Part shown: positions 17,107 to 27,241 of the stretch, in pieces
Numbering within the stretch: the stretch's first letter is position 1
How the letters are laid out: each line of letters begins with the position of its first letter
Origin: Deltaproteobacteria bacterium
GTDB lineage: Bacteria > JAEEML01
Length of the DNA: 34,190 nucleotides
Reading direction: 5' to 3'
NCBI GenBank assembly: GCA_016283195.1
Contig: JAEEML010000029.1
Coordinates: forward strand, 1-34,190
Notes under the pieces: generated by a model
Databases searched by the model: none
What the model was told of the DNA's origin: nothing
The model's input: the letters and a program-made list of their open reading frames with translations, nothing else
Translations under genes and position numbers: made by a program

Positions 17107-18528
17107 ATGAAAAAGAGGTTTTTAATTCTTTCTTTGGTTTTGGGATTATTGGTAACGCCCTCACTTGTGACGCCGGCCAAAGCCTTTGATATTCGCGGCG
17201 GTTTTGCCGACTTGGTAGAGGGGCTGGAACCGGCAGTAATAAATGTCTTTACTACCCAGGAAATTCGCCGACGCGGCCAATTTAATATGCATGGTAGTCC
17301 CTTTGATGAATTTTTTGGCCAGGAATTCATGGAACGCTTTTTTGGCCTCCAACCCAATCAAGAGATTCCTCTTGGTAAGCGCCAGAGTCTAGGTAGCGGT
17401 TTTATTATTTCCGCCGACGGCTATGCACTCACCAATAATCATGTGGTGGAAAATGCCTCCTCAGTTACGGTAAAACTTTTGGATGAGCGGGAATTTTCAG
17501 CTAAAATAATGGGAGTAGATAAAGAAACCGATGTATCCCTTTTAAAAATAGAAACCAGCGAAAAACTGCCTTTTGTCAAATTGGGCAATAGCGACAAATT
17601 ACGCATCGGCGACTGGGTGGTAGCCATCGGTAATCCCTTTGGGCTTAACCACACTGTCACTGCCGGTATTGTTTCGGCTAAAGAGCGCATTATCGGCGCC
17701 GGCCCTTATGATCAATTTATTCAAACAGATGCCTCCATTAACCCCGGCAACTCCGGCGGCCCGCTTTTTAACTTGGACGGCGAAGTAGTCGGCATAAATA
17801 CTGCCATTATTGCTCAAGGCCAGGGCATCGGTTTTGCCATTCCCATCAATTTGGCCTCCAATGTAGTAGCTCAACTCAAAAGCAGCGGCAAGGTTTCCCG
17901 CGGTTGGCTGGGGGTGGGCATTCAGGAGCTCACGCCGGAACTGGCCGAAAGTTTTGGCCTGAAAAACAGCCAGGGCGCACTGGTAAGCCAAATCATGAAA
18001 GACAGCCCGGCCGCTAAAGCCGGCTTAAGACATGGCGATATAATAACTGCCATAAATGGCAAAAAAATAAAAAATCATAATGATTTAACTAAAGTTGTCG
18101 GCTCCTTGGCCCCTGGTTCCAAAGTCGATGTGGCTATTATTCGCGATGGCAAAAATAAGAATATTTCCATTAAATTATCCGATCGCAACAAGGGACTTTC
18201 CAGCGAAGAAGCCCAGGAAGACGAAAGCATAGGCTCAGATAACAAAGAACTGGGTTTGGAAATCGGCTCGCTCTCTCCAGAATTGCGCCGGCGCCTCCAA
18301 GTGCCGGATGATTTAAAAGGGGTGGTGGTAAATGGCGTGGCCATGAATAGCCCCTTAAGAGGCTTTTTACAGCGTGGTGATGTCATTATTTCCATCAACC
18401 GCAAAAGTATAAATAATACCGATGATTATATGTCTGCCAGCAAGGAGCTCAAAAAAGGCCAAAAACTCCTGCTCCATGTATGGCGCGGCGGCGGCGCTGT
18501 TTACCTGGTCACCAGATTACCGGAATAA
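17107..18528 (+). CDS. degP: DegP/DegQ (HtrA/Do family) periplasmic serine protease with two PDZ domains
   Basis: Sec signal peptide; GSGFIIS, TNNHVV, DVSLLKI and QTDASINPGNSGGPL catalytic triad motifs; RGWLGV PDZ1 and a second PDZ; AAGGAG RBS. Confidence 0.93.
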   Translation: MKKRFLILSLVLGLLVTPSLVTPAKAFDIRGGFADLVEGLEPAVINVFTTQEIRRRGQFNMHGSPFDEFFGQEFMERFFGLQPNQEIPLGKRQSLGSGFIISADGYALTNNHVVENASSVTVKLLDEREFSAKIMGVDKETDVSLLKIETSEKLPFVKLGNSDKLRIGDWVVAIGNPFGLNHTVTAGIVSAKERIIGAGPYDQFIQTDASINPGNSGGPLFNLDGEVVGINTAIIAQGQGIGFAIPINLASNVVAQLKSSGKVSRGWLGVGIQELTPELAESFGLKNSQGALVSQIMKDSPAAKAGLRHGDIITAINGKKIKNHNDLTKVVGSLAPGSKVDVAIIRDGKNKNISIKLSDRNKGLSSEEAQEDESIGSDNKELGLEIGSLSPELRRRLQVPDDLKGVVVNGVAMNSPLRGFLQRGDVIISINRKSINNTDDYMSASKELKKGQKLLLHVWRGGGAVYLVTRLPE

Positions 18529-18558
18529 ACCAGCCTCATACATATAATCCCCAGCGTT

Positions 18559-21500
18559 CTAATCAATAGTCAGCACAAAATCAGTCATTTGATAAATATG
18601 GCGGCCGTCAACCGAGAGGAAGCCATCAGCCTTAATCAGCCCTTTTTCGGCATCAAATTCTTTAATAGATGCTTCCACCGTCACCAGAGAATCGCGCGGG
18701 ATAACCTGGCCGCGATAGAGCCACTCATGCTTGGCACCGGTCATAATGGTGGAAAATTCGCCTTGAGTGCGCCCGGTTTTCTTCAGCAGCGCGGTCTTTA
18801 GAAGTTGCAAAAAGGCTTCGAGGCCGAGGGAACCAGGCCACACCGGGTCTTCATAAAAGTGCGCTTTAAAGAACCAGCGGTCGGGCTCAACTGGAATAGT
18901 GCCGCGAATAAAGCCCTTTTTATGCGGCCCGCCTTCCGGCAACCAAACGGTGACATCACGCACCATCTGCCAGGTGGCGGTGGGCATGGGCGCGGCAGTA
19001 AGCAATGGAAATTGTTCTTTTATTTGTTCTTCAGCGGCGGTTAATTCATATATTTTGGCCTCGCGAATGCCCACTTGTTCAGCCAGAGCCGCGTCGGAGA
19101 AAAAGCCAAAATAGGTTTTGCCGTCATATATAAGCTCATTTTCTCTATACACTTTAAAAGTAAAATGCTGAATAACCATGCCGCCGCTCGCCGCCACCGC
19201 CGTAAGCACGGCATCTACCGTTAGCGTATAATCACCGGCAGTCAGCTCTTTGAGCAAGACAGCATCACCACCAAGATTGCGGAAATGCAAATCTTTATCA
19301 GAGGTTAGGCCGGAACCGACATAGGCAGCCAAAAAGCCACACGGTTGCAGGGCAATTTCCAGCAAAATGGCAAATGGTATATGGCGCTGGCGATTTTCGG
19401 CAAAATACCAATGGTCGTGCTTTACATCAAATTGGCAGCGGCAGGAAGCCGGCGCCTTCATCACAAAAGGCTCACCATGCACTTCTAAGACTCTGTCCAC
19501 CAATTGGAAAGGCGGGCGCGGCAAGCGGGCCAGCTTGCGCGTGCCATCGGCATCAAAAATGCGGTAAGGAGCGCCAAAACATTCCGAAGGATTGCCGCTG
19601 GAATAAGCCAGAATTTGTTCATAGGTAAAAGCCGGTTTTTGCAAGCTTTTTTGGCCTATTTGCCCACTTCCACGCTGCCAAAGCTCCTGCAAATTGCCCA
19701 GGGTGAGCCCGTTAAGTTGCAAGCTCATATTGCCGATTTCCACAATGGGGCGGCCATCAGCATACATTAAAGCATCGGCCAAAACATAAGGCGCTGGATT
19801 ATAGCCGATTTCTTTCAAGTGTATTTCATAAGTTACTAATTTTGTAGTGGATTTAACCTGGCCACGGCAACGGAGGCGCGAGGAGACACCGATAACCGGG
19901 GTAGAAGTCACCTGCCCTTCCTCGCCAACCCAGCCCAGGCGCAAGAGGAAAATGCGCAAAGTATGCAGGCAACATTCATACATCAGCGTGCCGGGCATCA
20001 CCTGGTCGTCCACAAAATGGCAGGTTAAAAACCACTCATCACCCCTAATGTGCGCATGGGCACGAATAAGGCCATGGCCAAAGCGGCCGCCATTTTGGTC
20101 AATATTTTCAACATAATCCACAAGATGCATCAGGCCGCCGGGAATGGTATAAGGGCGCTTTATCATTAGGCCGGCAAATTCCGCCCCAAAAGCTGTGGCT
20201 AAATCGCCCGCTCTTAAAGCCTCCACCTGGCGGTTATCCAGGCTCTCACCCTGCGGCGGAGTGACAAAATTTTGCCAGCCTTCCAGATAACCTTTGGTGG
20301 CCGCTTTCAAATCCAGCGGCCTTTCCACAATACCCTTGCCGGCGGCCAAAGCGGCCTCGGTAAAGAAACCGGCACAGCCGTCGGTCATGGAAAGCAGCGG
20401 CTTGCCGTTTACTGTAGCTTCAAAATGAAACTTAAAGAGCCACACATCACCCTGGCGGAAGAATTTTTCAATATGAATATCATAAACAATCACTTCTCCG
20501 GCTGCCGGCAATTCGCTGTGGAAAGTCACCACGGCATCCAAAAGGCGGTAAACAGCCAGGCCCTTGGTTTCTAAATCAATGCCCAGGTAGCCACTTAAAA
20601 ACAGATCGGCCTGCCCGGCTTCCACGGCTATGGCTGTGGGAATGCGCCCGCCATCGAGGTACCAGCCGTTTTTCAGCACATCATGCTCGGTCACCACGCG
20701 GCCAGAGGTCATGCTTTGCGGCTCTGCTTCTATTTTGGTAATGCGATCAACCAGCATCAAAGGCTCGGCCGGCAGGCGCACCCGGGTGGGATAACTATCA
20801 ATAGCGGCATATTTGGGACCCAGAACATCGCCAATCTTGCCAACGGCATAAGTTAGGCATTGCTCGCGAGTTAAGGCTTTCGGCACCGCAAATTGAGTAG
20901 AAATATTAAATAAAGGCTGGTAGTTATAGCTTTGAGCTGTTTGGGGAGTGCCCTTATTTTGCCCCATGAGGCCATTTAATAAATCTTGCTCCAAGAGAAG
21001 CTTTTCCATCTGCTGCGAATAAGCCAGATAAGCGCTATGGGCAGCGGCGGCGGTGAGCGAAAGATTAACCACATCATCGGCAATATTGGGCACTATTCCG
21101 CCACTTACGTTTGGCACCTGGGCAACAGCAGGTTGGGGCTTAGATATTGGGGCGGCCAAAGGAGCCACTTTTTCTTTGGGGAAATAAACTTTATGGTGAC
21201 TGGGAACCGCAATATCACCGAGTTTTGAATCATTAACCATTGGAATTTCCTTAGGAAATAATTTTTCAATCTCTACAGGCAGGTGGTGGGCGGCAAGAAT
21301 AGCCATACTCTCTAAAAGCGCTATCCACTCATCGCCGTCAACCATTATGGAAGTGGCCACATGCTCCTTCCCGGCCAAAATTTTATCAATCATGCGCGAG
21401 GCTGAGCGCCCGGGGCCCATTTCCACAAAAAAGCGGAAACCATCTTTATAAGCCTGCTCTATAACCTTTGGATAATCAAGGCCTTTTACCGCCTGTTCGG

Positions 21501-24500
21501 TTACAGATAAAGCGGCCGATTCTCTGGTTGGAATGTAGGCTTTGCCCCAAGCCGGGCTATAAATAGCCACTTCGGGGTCGGGAGTGGTTTTTAAGAGGTG
21601 CAAATCGTGATAGGCGTCATAAACTTCGTTGGTGACCGAACAATGAACCGTGGTAACACCATGCACCGGCACAAAATGAGCGCCGATAGCTTTGACAAAT
21701 TTAGCCACCTGTTCCTTTTCACCGCCGATGACACATTCATCATAACTATTGACAATTAAAAGATAGACGCGCGAAAAATCGCCAATATTTTTTTGCACTT
21801 CCTCTTTTGAGCGATTTATAACGCCCAAAGACCAATTAAGCGGAGTGCCAGCGGGGAGGCCAAAGTGGCGGGCGGCAGCCAGGCAGGGGCCGGCCAGCTC
21901 AGTGGTAAAGAGATTGCTCTTTTTTACCCGCTCTTCCATAAGAGCACGCTCGGTCCAGGTTTCCGAAGCAAAAAGCGATGCTGTTTCGCCCAAAGAATAG
22001 CCGATGCCGGCAGCAGGTTTAAGGCCCAATTCCTTCATAATGGCCCAGCCCAGGCAGCCCACGCTCACTTGGCCCAAAATCATGGCCGGATGGTCTTTAT
22101 CCAGCTCTTTTTTGCTGCCATGCCAAAGTTTTTGCGGATTTAAGCGCCCGGAAATAGAGCCATATTTTTCTTCAATCCGCCGCACCACCTGAGGGAAAGC
22201 GGCAGAGAGTTTTTGCCCCATGCCGATATAATGGTTACCGGAACCGGGCAAAGTAAAGGCCACTTTACCCTGAATAGGCTTTTTAACGTAAAAGATGCGC
22301 CCGGGAGCCAAATGCTCCAGTGTTGGCAACTCGGCATCAAGCGCCATCGAGAGCAAATGCACCAGCTCTTCACTATTTTTGGCTAAAATAGCTACCACCT
22401 CTTTGGCCGCGTAATTATATGGTGCCAGCTTGTAAGCAAGTGCCGCCAGTTCATTCAGCGGCTTTTCGGCAGTGGTGGCCATTTTCCAGAGATTTACAGT
22501 AATATCATGCAATTTTTCGATATTATCTGCCGAGATAACAAAGAGCGCCGGTTGCTCAGGAATTTGCGCAGTATTGGCCATATCGGCCGGCGGCGCGGTG
22601 AGCGTCAAATGGCCAGTTCCGCCAATAAGCGAACTATTTTGCAAAGTTAGCTTAATGCTTTGCCCAAATGGTTCGCGCTCTTTATCTAATATGGTAAGAG
22701 CTTCTTTAAGCTGAAATAGCGGAGTAGCCGCGCCGTAGCAAGGTAAGCCCGCCGGCCAAGCTGCTGCCTTATTAATAGAAGAGGAAACATCTGAAATAAC
22801 AGCTAAAATCTTTTCGCCGGCTGCCCGCGCCGCCTCTAGTGGGCGGAGCACCAGAGCCACTGCCCCGTCTCGCAAATCGCTGACACCCTGGGCAGCATAA
22901 ATAGCAGAAGTACGCACATCGGAGGGTAAATCTACCGCGCCGCAAAGGGCCCAATCAATCTCTCCGCCGGCCACGGCATGATAAGCCTGGCTAAGAGCGG
23001 TAAAGCCGGAAAGCTCTTCGCTCTCTAGGGCATAAGCCGGGCCGGCTACTTTGAGCTCACGGGCAATGCGCGAGGCCACAATACTGCCAAGCCCACCCAG
23101 AGTGCGATTGGCATTTAAGGGCGGTGAGAGGCTATCGGCCAAATCAGTGGCTAAATTTTCGGCTTCTTGCGGCGCTAACGTCCGCCCCGCCGCCGCCAGC
23201 CACCTGGGTAAATTCTCCTTTAATTTCCAGCGCAAATGGTAATTACTGGTAGTCATATCAAGAGCAATACCGATATATACGGCCCGCTTTTCCGGCGCCA
23301 CAGAGGGCGGCGCTATTTGCGCTGCAAGACTTGCCGCTTTAAGCATCATAAGCTGCTGCGGCAAGGCCTCCTTTAGCTCCAGAGGCGGAATTTTAAAGCG
23401 CCCCAGCGGCACTTTTATTTCCTCATCCGGCCCCTTTTCTTCGGCAGTTATGGCCACAATAGCCACTGCGCGCCGGGTGGCTGGCGGCGGCGGGGGCAAG
23501 GGTATGAGCGGCTCATGATATTGTTCAACAATAACATGAGCATTTATGCCGCCAAAACCAAAGCCGCTGACGGCGGCGAGACGCTGCTTGCTATCCCATG
23601 AGTCTGCCCGGCTAAGCACAGAAAAGTGGCTGTTATTTAAGTCTATTTTGGCCGCTGGCCGCTCAAAATTGGCTGTTGGCGGCAAAACGCCCTTTTCCAT
23701 AGCCATGAGCACTTTAATAAGAGCCGCGCCGCCAGCACCGGTGAGCAAATGGCCGATATTGGATTTAACCGAGCCGATGACAGCCCGCGCCGCTTTAGGC
23801 GCTCCCTGCCACATAGTTTTGAGCGAATTAAATTCCACGGCATCGCCCAGCGGCGTACCGGTGGCATGGCACTCGATAAGATCCACATTCCAGGGTTCTA
23901 ACCCAGCCATTTTATAGGCTTTTTTCATGGCAAGTATTTGGCCGTCCTCGCTGGGAGCCAAATGGTTGCCCATTAAATCATTGGAGAGCCCAAAGCCGCG
24001 AATTATGGCATATATTTTATCCCCGGCTTTAAGAGCATCGCTAAGGCGTTTCAAAACCACAAAAGCGGCGCCCTCGCCCACCACCAGGCCGTCGCCTTTA
24101 TAATCAAAAGGCGCACAAAGGCCGCTGGGCGAAAGAGCTCTGAGCTGCGAAAAGCCCATTTGCGTAAAGAGCGGATCGGGCATAGCCATACCGCCGGTGA
24201 TCACCATATCGAGCCGGCCGGCCTTGAGTTCTTCCACACCGTGACTAACGGCATAAAGCGCACTGGAGCAGGCGGCATCCAGAGTAAAACACTCACCGCC
24301 AAAGCCGAAATGGCGGCAGACAGCTGCTGCCGGCCAAGCCGTCGCCGTGCGGTAACTTGCTGTAATTTCTGTCTTTTGCTGCTTGGCTAGCCCCAGTTTT
24401 TCACATAATAGATTATTAAAATGGTCGCCTATATAATAATCAGCCAGAGCCCCAGCCCCCAAAGTTGGCAGAGCTATATTGCCAAATATTACCCCAACCC

Positions 24501-24849
24501 GTGCTCTATCGAGAGCCGAATAATTCACATTTTCCAGCGCTTTAATAGCGGTAAGAAGAGCGAGAAGCACTGTGGGGTCGCCGTTTAAAAGCTCCGGCGC
24601 CACCTGTTGCAACCTGGCATCAGCCAAAGCATCCGGAGACAAAAGCGCCGCTTTTTTGGAAAGCACTTTGTCGATAATCCCCACTGCCGGAGCATAAGCG
24701 GCAGCGGGATTAAGAGTCCAGCGCTCTGGCGGAACAGGTGCCACCAAATTATCGCCACGCTCTATATGTTCCCAAAATTCTTCAATATTTTTCGAGGCTG
24801 GTACTGTGGCCCCCAGGCCGACGATTGCCACATAATCTTGTTCTATCAT
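18559..24849 (-). CDS. PUFA synthase Pfa3/PfaBC-type subunit: KS-CLF-AT-(pseudoDH-DH)x2, with no C-terminal AGPAT
   Basis: KS motifs DAACSS/HATGT/GHLL; Cys-less CLF (EELSG); AT motif GYSLG; FabA-like DH motifs CHFVDDQVMPG and AHFYEDPVWPG, each preceded by a pseudo-DH; the protein ends right after the last DH. Confidence 0.9.
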   Translation of the reverse strand: MIEQDYVAIVGLGATVPASKNIEEFWEHIERGDNLVAPVPPERWTLNPAAAYAPAVGIIDKVLSKKAALLSPDALADARLQQVAPELLNGDPTVLLALLTAIKALENVNYSALDRARVGVIFGNIALPTLGAGALADYYIGDHFNNLLCEKLGLAKQQKTEITASYRTATAWPAAAVCRHFGFGGECFTLDAACSSALYAVSHGVEELKAGRLDMVITGGMAMPDPLFTQMGFSQLRALSPSGLCAPFDYKGDGLVVGEGAAFVVLKRLSDALKAGDKIYAIIRGFGLSNDLMGNHLAPSEDGQILAMKKAYKMAGLEPWNVDLIECHATGTPLGDAVEFNSLKTMWQGAPKAARAVIGSVKSNIGHLLTGAGGAALIKVLMAMEKGVLPPTANFERPAAKIDLNNSHFSVLSRADSWDSKQRLAAVSGFGFGGINAHVIVEQYHEPLIPLPPPPPATRRAVAIVAITAEEKGPDEEIKVPLGRFKIPPLELKEALPQQLMMLKAASLAAQIAPPSVAPEKRAVYIGIALDMTTSNYHLRWKLKENLPRWLAAAGRTLAPQEAENLATDLADSLSPPLNANRTLGGLGSIVASRIARELKVAGPAYALESEELSGFTALSQAYHAVAGGEIDWALCGAVDLPSDVRTSAIYAAQGVSDLRDGAVALVLRPLEAARAAGEKILAVISDVSSSINKAAAWPAGLPCYGAATPLFQLKEALTILDKEREPFGQSIKLTLQNSSLIGGTGHLTLTAPPADMANTAQIPEQPALFVISADNIEKLHDITVNLWKMATTAEKPLNELAALAYKLAPYNYAAKEVVAILAKNSEELVHLLSMALDAELPTLEHLAPGRIFYVKKPIQGKVAFTLPGSGNHYIGMGQKLSAAFPQVVRRIEEKYGSISGRLNPQKLWHGSKKELDKDHPAMILGQVSVGCLGWAIMKELGLKPAAGIGYSLGETASLFASETWTERALMEERVKKSNLFTTELAGPCLAAARHFGLPAGTPLNWSLGVINRSKEEVQKNIGDFSRVYLLIVNSYDECVIGGEKEQVAKFVKAIGAHFVPVHGVTTVHCSVTNEVYDAYHDLHLLKTTPDPEVAIYSPAWGKAYIPTRESAALSVTEQAVKGLDYPKVIEQAYKDGFRFFVEMGPGRSASRMIDKILAGKEHVATSIMVDGDEWIALLESMAILAAHHLPVEIEKLFPKEIPMVNDSKLGDIAVPSHHKVYFPKEKVAPLAAPISKPQPAVAQVPNVSGGIVPNIADDVVNLSLTAAAAHSAYLAYSQQMEKLLLEQDLLNGLMGQNKGTPQTAQSYNYQPLFNISTQFAVPKALTREQCLTYAVGKIGDVLGPKYAAIDSYPTRVRLPAEPLMLVDRITKIEAEPQSMTSGRVVTEHDVLKNGWYLDGGRIPTAIAVEAGQADLFLSGYLGIDLETKGLAVYRLLDAVVTFHSELPAAGEVIVYDIHIEKFFRQGDVWLFKFHFEATVNGKPLLSMTDGCAGFFTEAALAAGKGIVERPLDLKAATKGYLEGWQNFVTPPQGESLDNRQVEALRAGDLATAFGAEFAGLMIKRPYTIPGGLMHLVDYVENIDQNGGRFGHGLIRAHAHIRGDEWFLTCHFVDDQVMPGTLMYECCLHTLRIFLLRLGWVGEEGQVTSTPVIGVSSRLRCRGQVKSTTKLVTYEIHLKEIGYNPAPYVLADALMYADGRPIVEIGNMSLQLNGLTLGNLQELWQRGSGQIGQKSLQKPAFTYEQILAYSSGNPSECFGAPYRIFDADGTRKLARLPRPPFQLVDRVLEVHGEPFVMKAPASCRCQFDVKHDHWYFAENRQRHIPFAILLEIALQPCGFLAAYVGSGLTSDKDLHFRNLGGDAVLLKELTAGDYTLTVDAVLTAVAASGGMVIQHFTFKVYRENELIYDGKTYFGFFSDAALAEQVGIREAKIYELTAAEEQIKEQFPLLTAAPMPTATWQMVRDVTVWLPEGGPHKKGFIRGTIPVEPDRWFFKAHFYEDPVWPGSLGLEAFLQLLKTALLKKTGRTQGEFSTIMTGAKHEWLYRGQVIPRDSLVTVEASIKEFDAEKGLIKADGFLSVDGRHIYQMTDFVLTID

Positions 24850-24865
24850 TTAACTGACCAATATT

Positions 24866-27241
24866 TTAGGGCACCCCGGCCCCAGTTTTGCGGCCGGCTG
24901 CAAAGGCCTCAGTAAGCCGCCCATCCATTAAGGCCTCATAATCTTCCAAAAAGGCCAATAACTTGTTACCAGAACTCAGCGATATGTCAAAAAATAGTTT
25001 TTTACCATTTTGCTCTTTAAGTCGCATACTTATCTCAACAGATGTACTTGGGAAAGAGGTAACATATTGACTATATTTACCAACACTCACCGGCAAGCAT
25101 GGCTCACCAAGCTGCTCCGTGCTCCAAACTATAGCCAGTTGAAAACAACCATCTAAGAGCAGCGGTTCACCAAGCCACTCATCACTTAGTGGATCCTTGA
25201 GCCATTCCTGCGCCCCGCCGCTGACATGGGCATGTACTCTGGCTCCCGCTGCCGAAAGTGCCGGTTTATCGGTAAAAGCCACCAATTTACGCCCATGGAA
25301 TAGATATTTTTTATAAATATCAGCAACTTTTAGTGGCACTTTGCGCAGAGCTGAGAGCTTTATAACCTCCTTAGAAACCTCCGGCAATTCGTCCGAAAGC
25401 ACTACTTCGGCTTGATAAGCCGGCAAAAGCACTCCGCCACGACGATTTAAAATACTCAGCAACATACTGTTATCATTTGTTTTTTTGCCGCAGACATAAA
25501 TAGCTATTGCTTCGTTTACCCCAAGTTTTAAACCGGACAGCAAGCGTACATTATTAATAGAAGCAATATTTTTTCCCGGAGCCAGCACCAAAGCGCCTTC
25601 CAAAAGCCACTCCAGAGCCAAGGCAAATGGCACCACATAATGATCGCCCAAAGCATGGCTCGCCAAAACAGGCACAGACTCTAGTGAAATCTCACTTTTA
25701 AAGGCCAGTTCACCAAAATCGCCAGTAGCGGTCTTGGGCTCCACCGGCACAAAAAGCTCAGCCGGCAACAAACTTCCGGCTTTTAAAACAACTACTTCCA
25801 CCGCGCCTTTGGTCTCCGCCAGCTCACGAGCCAGGAGGTCGGCACCGGCTTCTAAATCAATGAGGCCAATTCCCTCTTCACTAAAGAGCCGCGCCAGAGA
25901 GCTATTAACCATTCCTCCGGCCCATGGGCCCCAACCCATGGCTTTTACAAGACAATTTTGATGTGTCCTTTGATAGGCTTCGGCACTTTTATTTAGTACT
26001 TCATTAGCAGCAGCGTAATTACTTTGGCCGCGTCTCCCTAAGCGGGCTGTAGTAGAAGAAAAAAGTACTATGTGTTTCAATGAGTTGCCACAGGCAGCTA
26101 AAAGATTATTAAATCCAACCACTTTTGTATTATATACGCGCCAGTAATCTTCATCGCTCATGGCGGTGAATAAATTATCAGCCAAGACGCCGGCGCCATG
26201 CACAAGAGCGCTAACCGGCCCTTCTTGCTCAGTTATTTCGCCGATAAGCTCTTTAATGGCCGCGCCATCGGTTACATCAATACTGTGATAATTAACCTCG
26301 GCACCCTGCTCGCGACAAGCTGCCAAAGTGGCTAATATTTCACTATCAACCATGAGCTTTTTGGCTTTGCCCTGCACCATTTTCGGGGTCAATAGTTCGG
26401 CGGTATTGGCCATCACTGCCTGTTTCATCTCATCCAATGAAGCCACATTTTTGCACCATTCCGGCAGTTCTTCCGGCATAGCACTGCGCCCTAAAAGATG
26501 TAATTTTACACCGGAATGAGCCAGTTTACGGGCAATGTGGGCGGTTACCCCGCGAGCACCGCCGCTAACAACCACCACTTCACCGGCATCCGGGCGCCAC
26601 TCCGCTATTGCCTCTTGATCAACCTTTTCTAATATCAGCTGATAGGCTGCATCGGCTGTAAGGCCAACTTCGAGTGGCAAACCGGCTTGCAAAGCATTGG
26701 CGATTTTATTGGCTCTTAGAGGCCCCTGCCAATCTGGGTCAATATCAATAACCCGGCAGGAAACTTCCGGCCACTCATGAGAAATACTCTTTATTATTCC
26801 TAAGATAGCAGCTCTTGGCGCTTTTGAAATATCAGCCAGATTTCTAAAGCCCAGGCCGCCATCAAGAGCGGTAACTCCAGCTAAAAGCGCCCCACCGGCC
26901 GCGCCGTTTTGGCGCAAAAGCGGCGCCGCTTGTTTTATGAGGGCAAGCGGTGGCTCCTTATCGCCGATAACCACAATCAAAGCCGCTAAATCGGCCGGCA
27001 AAACATATTGCGACACTTCACTGTGCAAAAGCAACACATTTCGTGCCCCAAAGCGGCGCAAAGTTGCCACTAATTCTTCGGCAAGCTCCTCATCACCGCC
27101 CCAAACAGCCAGGGCCTTTTCAGGCGGGAAAACGGCCTTTCCATCAATTGGCAGGAGCAGCGGGGTTAAAACTGGAATATAGCGATCTAGTGAATTTTCT
27201 TGAGGATTTTTTTCAACTATTTCAGTTGTTACTGTTTTTTT
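24866..27241 (-). CDS. C-terminal half of PfaA/Pfa2 (KR plus PKS-type DH); open from the A9 run in the -1 frame relative to the upstream half
   Basis: KR motifs VSGGARGVT, HGAG and YAAAN, WGPWAGGMV; DH motif HALGDHYVVP. The ORF track starts at GTG 27070, but the frame is stop-free back to 27241 (KKTVTTEIVEKNPQENSLDRYIPVL...). Confidence 0.85.
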   Translation of the reverse strand, partial: KKTVTTEIVEKNPQENSLDRYIPVLTPLLLPIDGKAVFPPEKALAVWGGDEELAEELVATLRRFGARNVLLLHSEVSQYVLPADLAALIVVIGDKEPPLALIKQAAPLLRQNGAAGGALLAGVTALDGGLGFRNLADISKAPRAAILGIIKSISHEWPEVSCRVIDIDPDWQGPLRANKIANALQAGLPLEVGLTADAAYQLILEKVDQEAIAEWRPDAGEVVVVSGGARGVTAHIARKLAHSGVKLHLLGRSAMPEELPEWCKNVASLDEMKQAVMANTAELLTPKMVQGKAKKLMVDSEILATLAACREQGAEVNYHSIDVTDGAAIKELIGEITEQEGPVSALVHGAGVLADNLFTAMSDEDYWRVYNTKVVGFNNLLAACGNSLKHIVLFSSTTARLGRRGQSNYAAANEVLNKSAEAYQRTHQNCLVKAMGWGPWAGGMVNSSLARLFSEEGIGLIDLEAGADLLARELAETKGAVEVVVLKAGSLLPAELFVPVEPKTATGDFGELAFKSEISLESVPVLASHALGDHYVVPFALALEWLLEGALVLAPGKNIASINNVRLLSGLKLGVNEAIAIYVCGKKTNDNSMLLSILNRRGGVLLPAYQAEVVLSDELPEVSKEVIKLSALRKVPLKVADIYKKYLFHGRKLVAFTDKPALSAAGARVHAHVSGGAQEWLKDPLSDEWLGEPLLLDGCFQLAIVWSTEQLGEPCLPVSVGKYSQYVTSFPSTSVEISMRLKEQNGKKLFFDISLSSGNKLLAFLEDYEALMDGRLTEAFAAGRKTGAGVP

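Noticed and set aside
18529..18558. Bidirectional terminator between convergent degP and pfa3
   Set aside because: No convincing inverted repeat or U-tract in the 30-nt gap.
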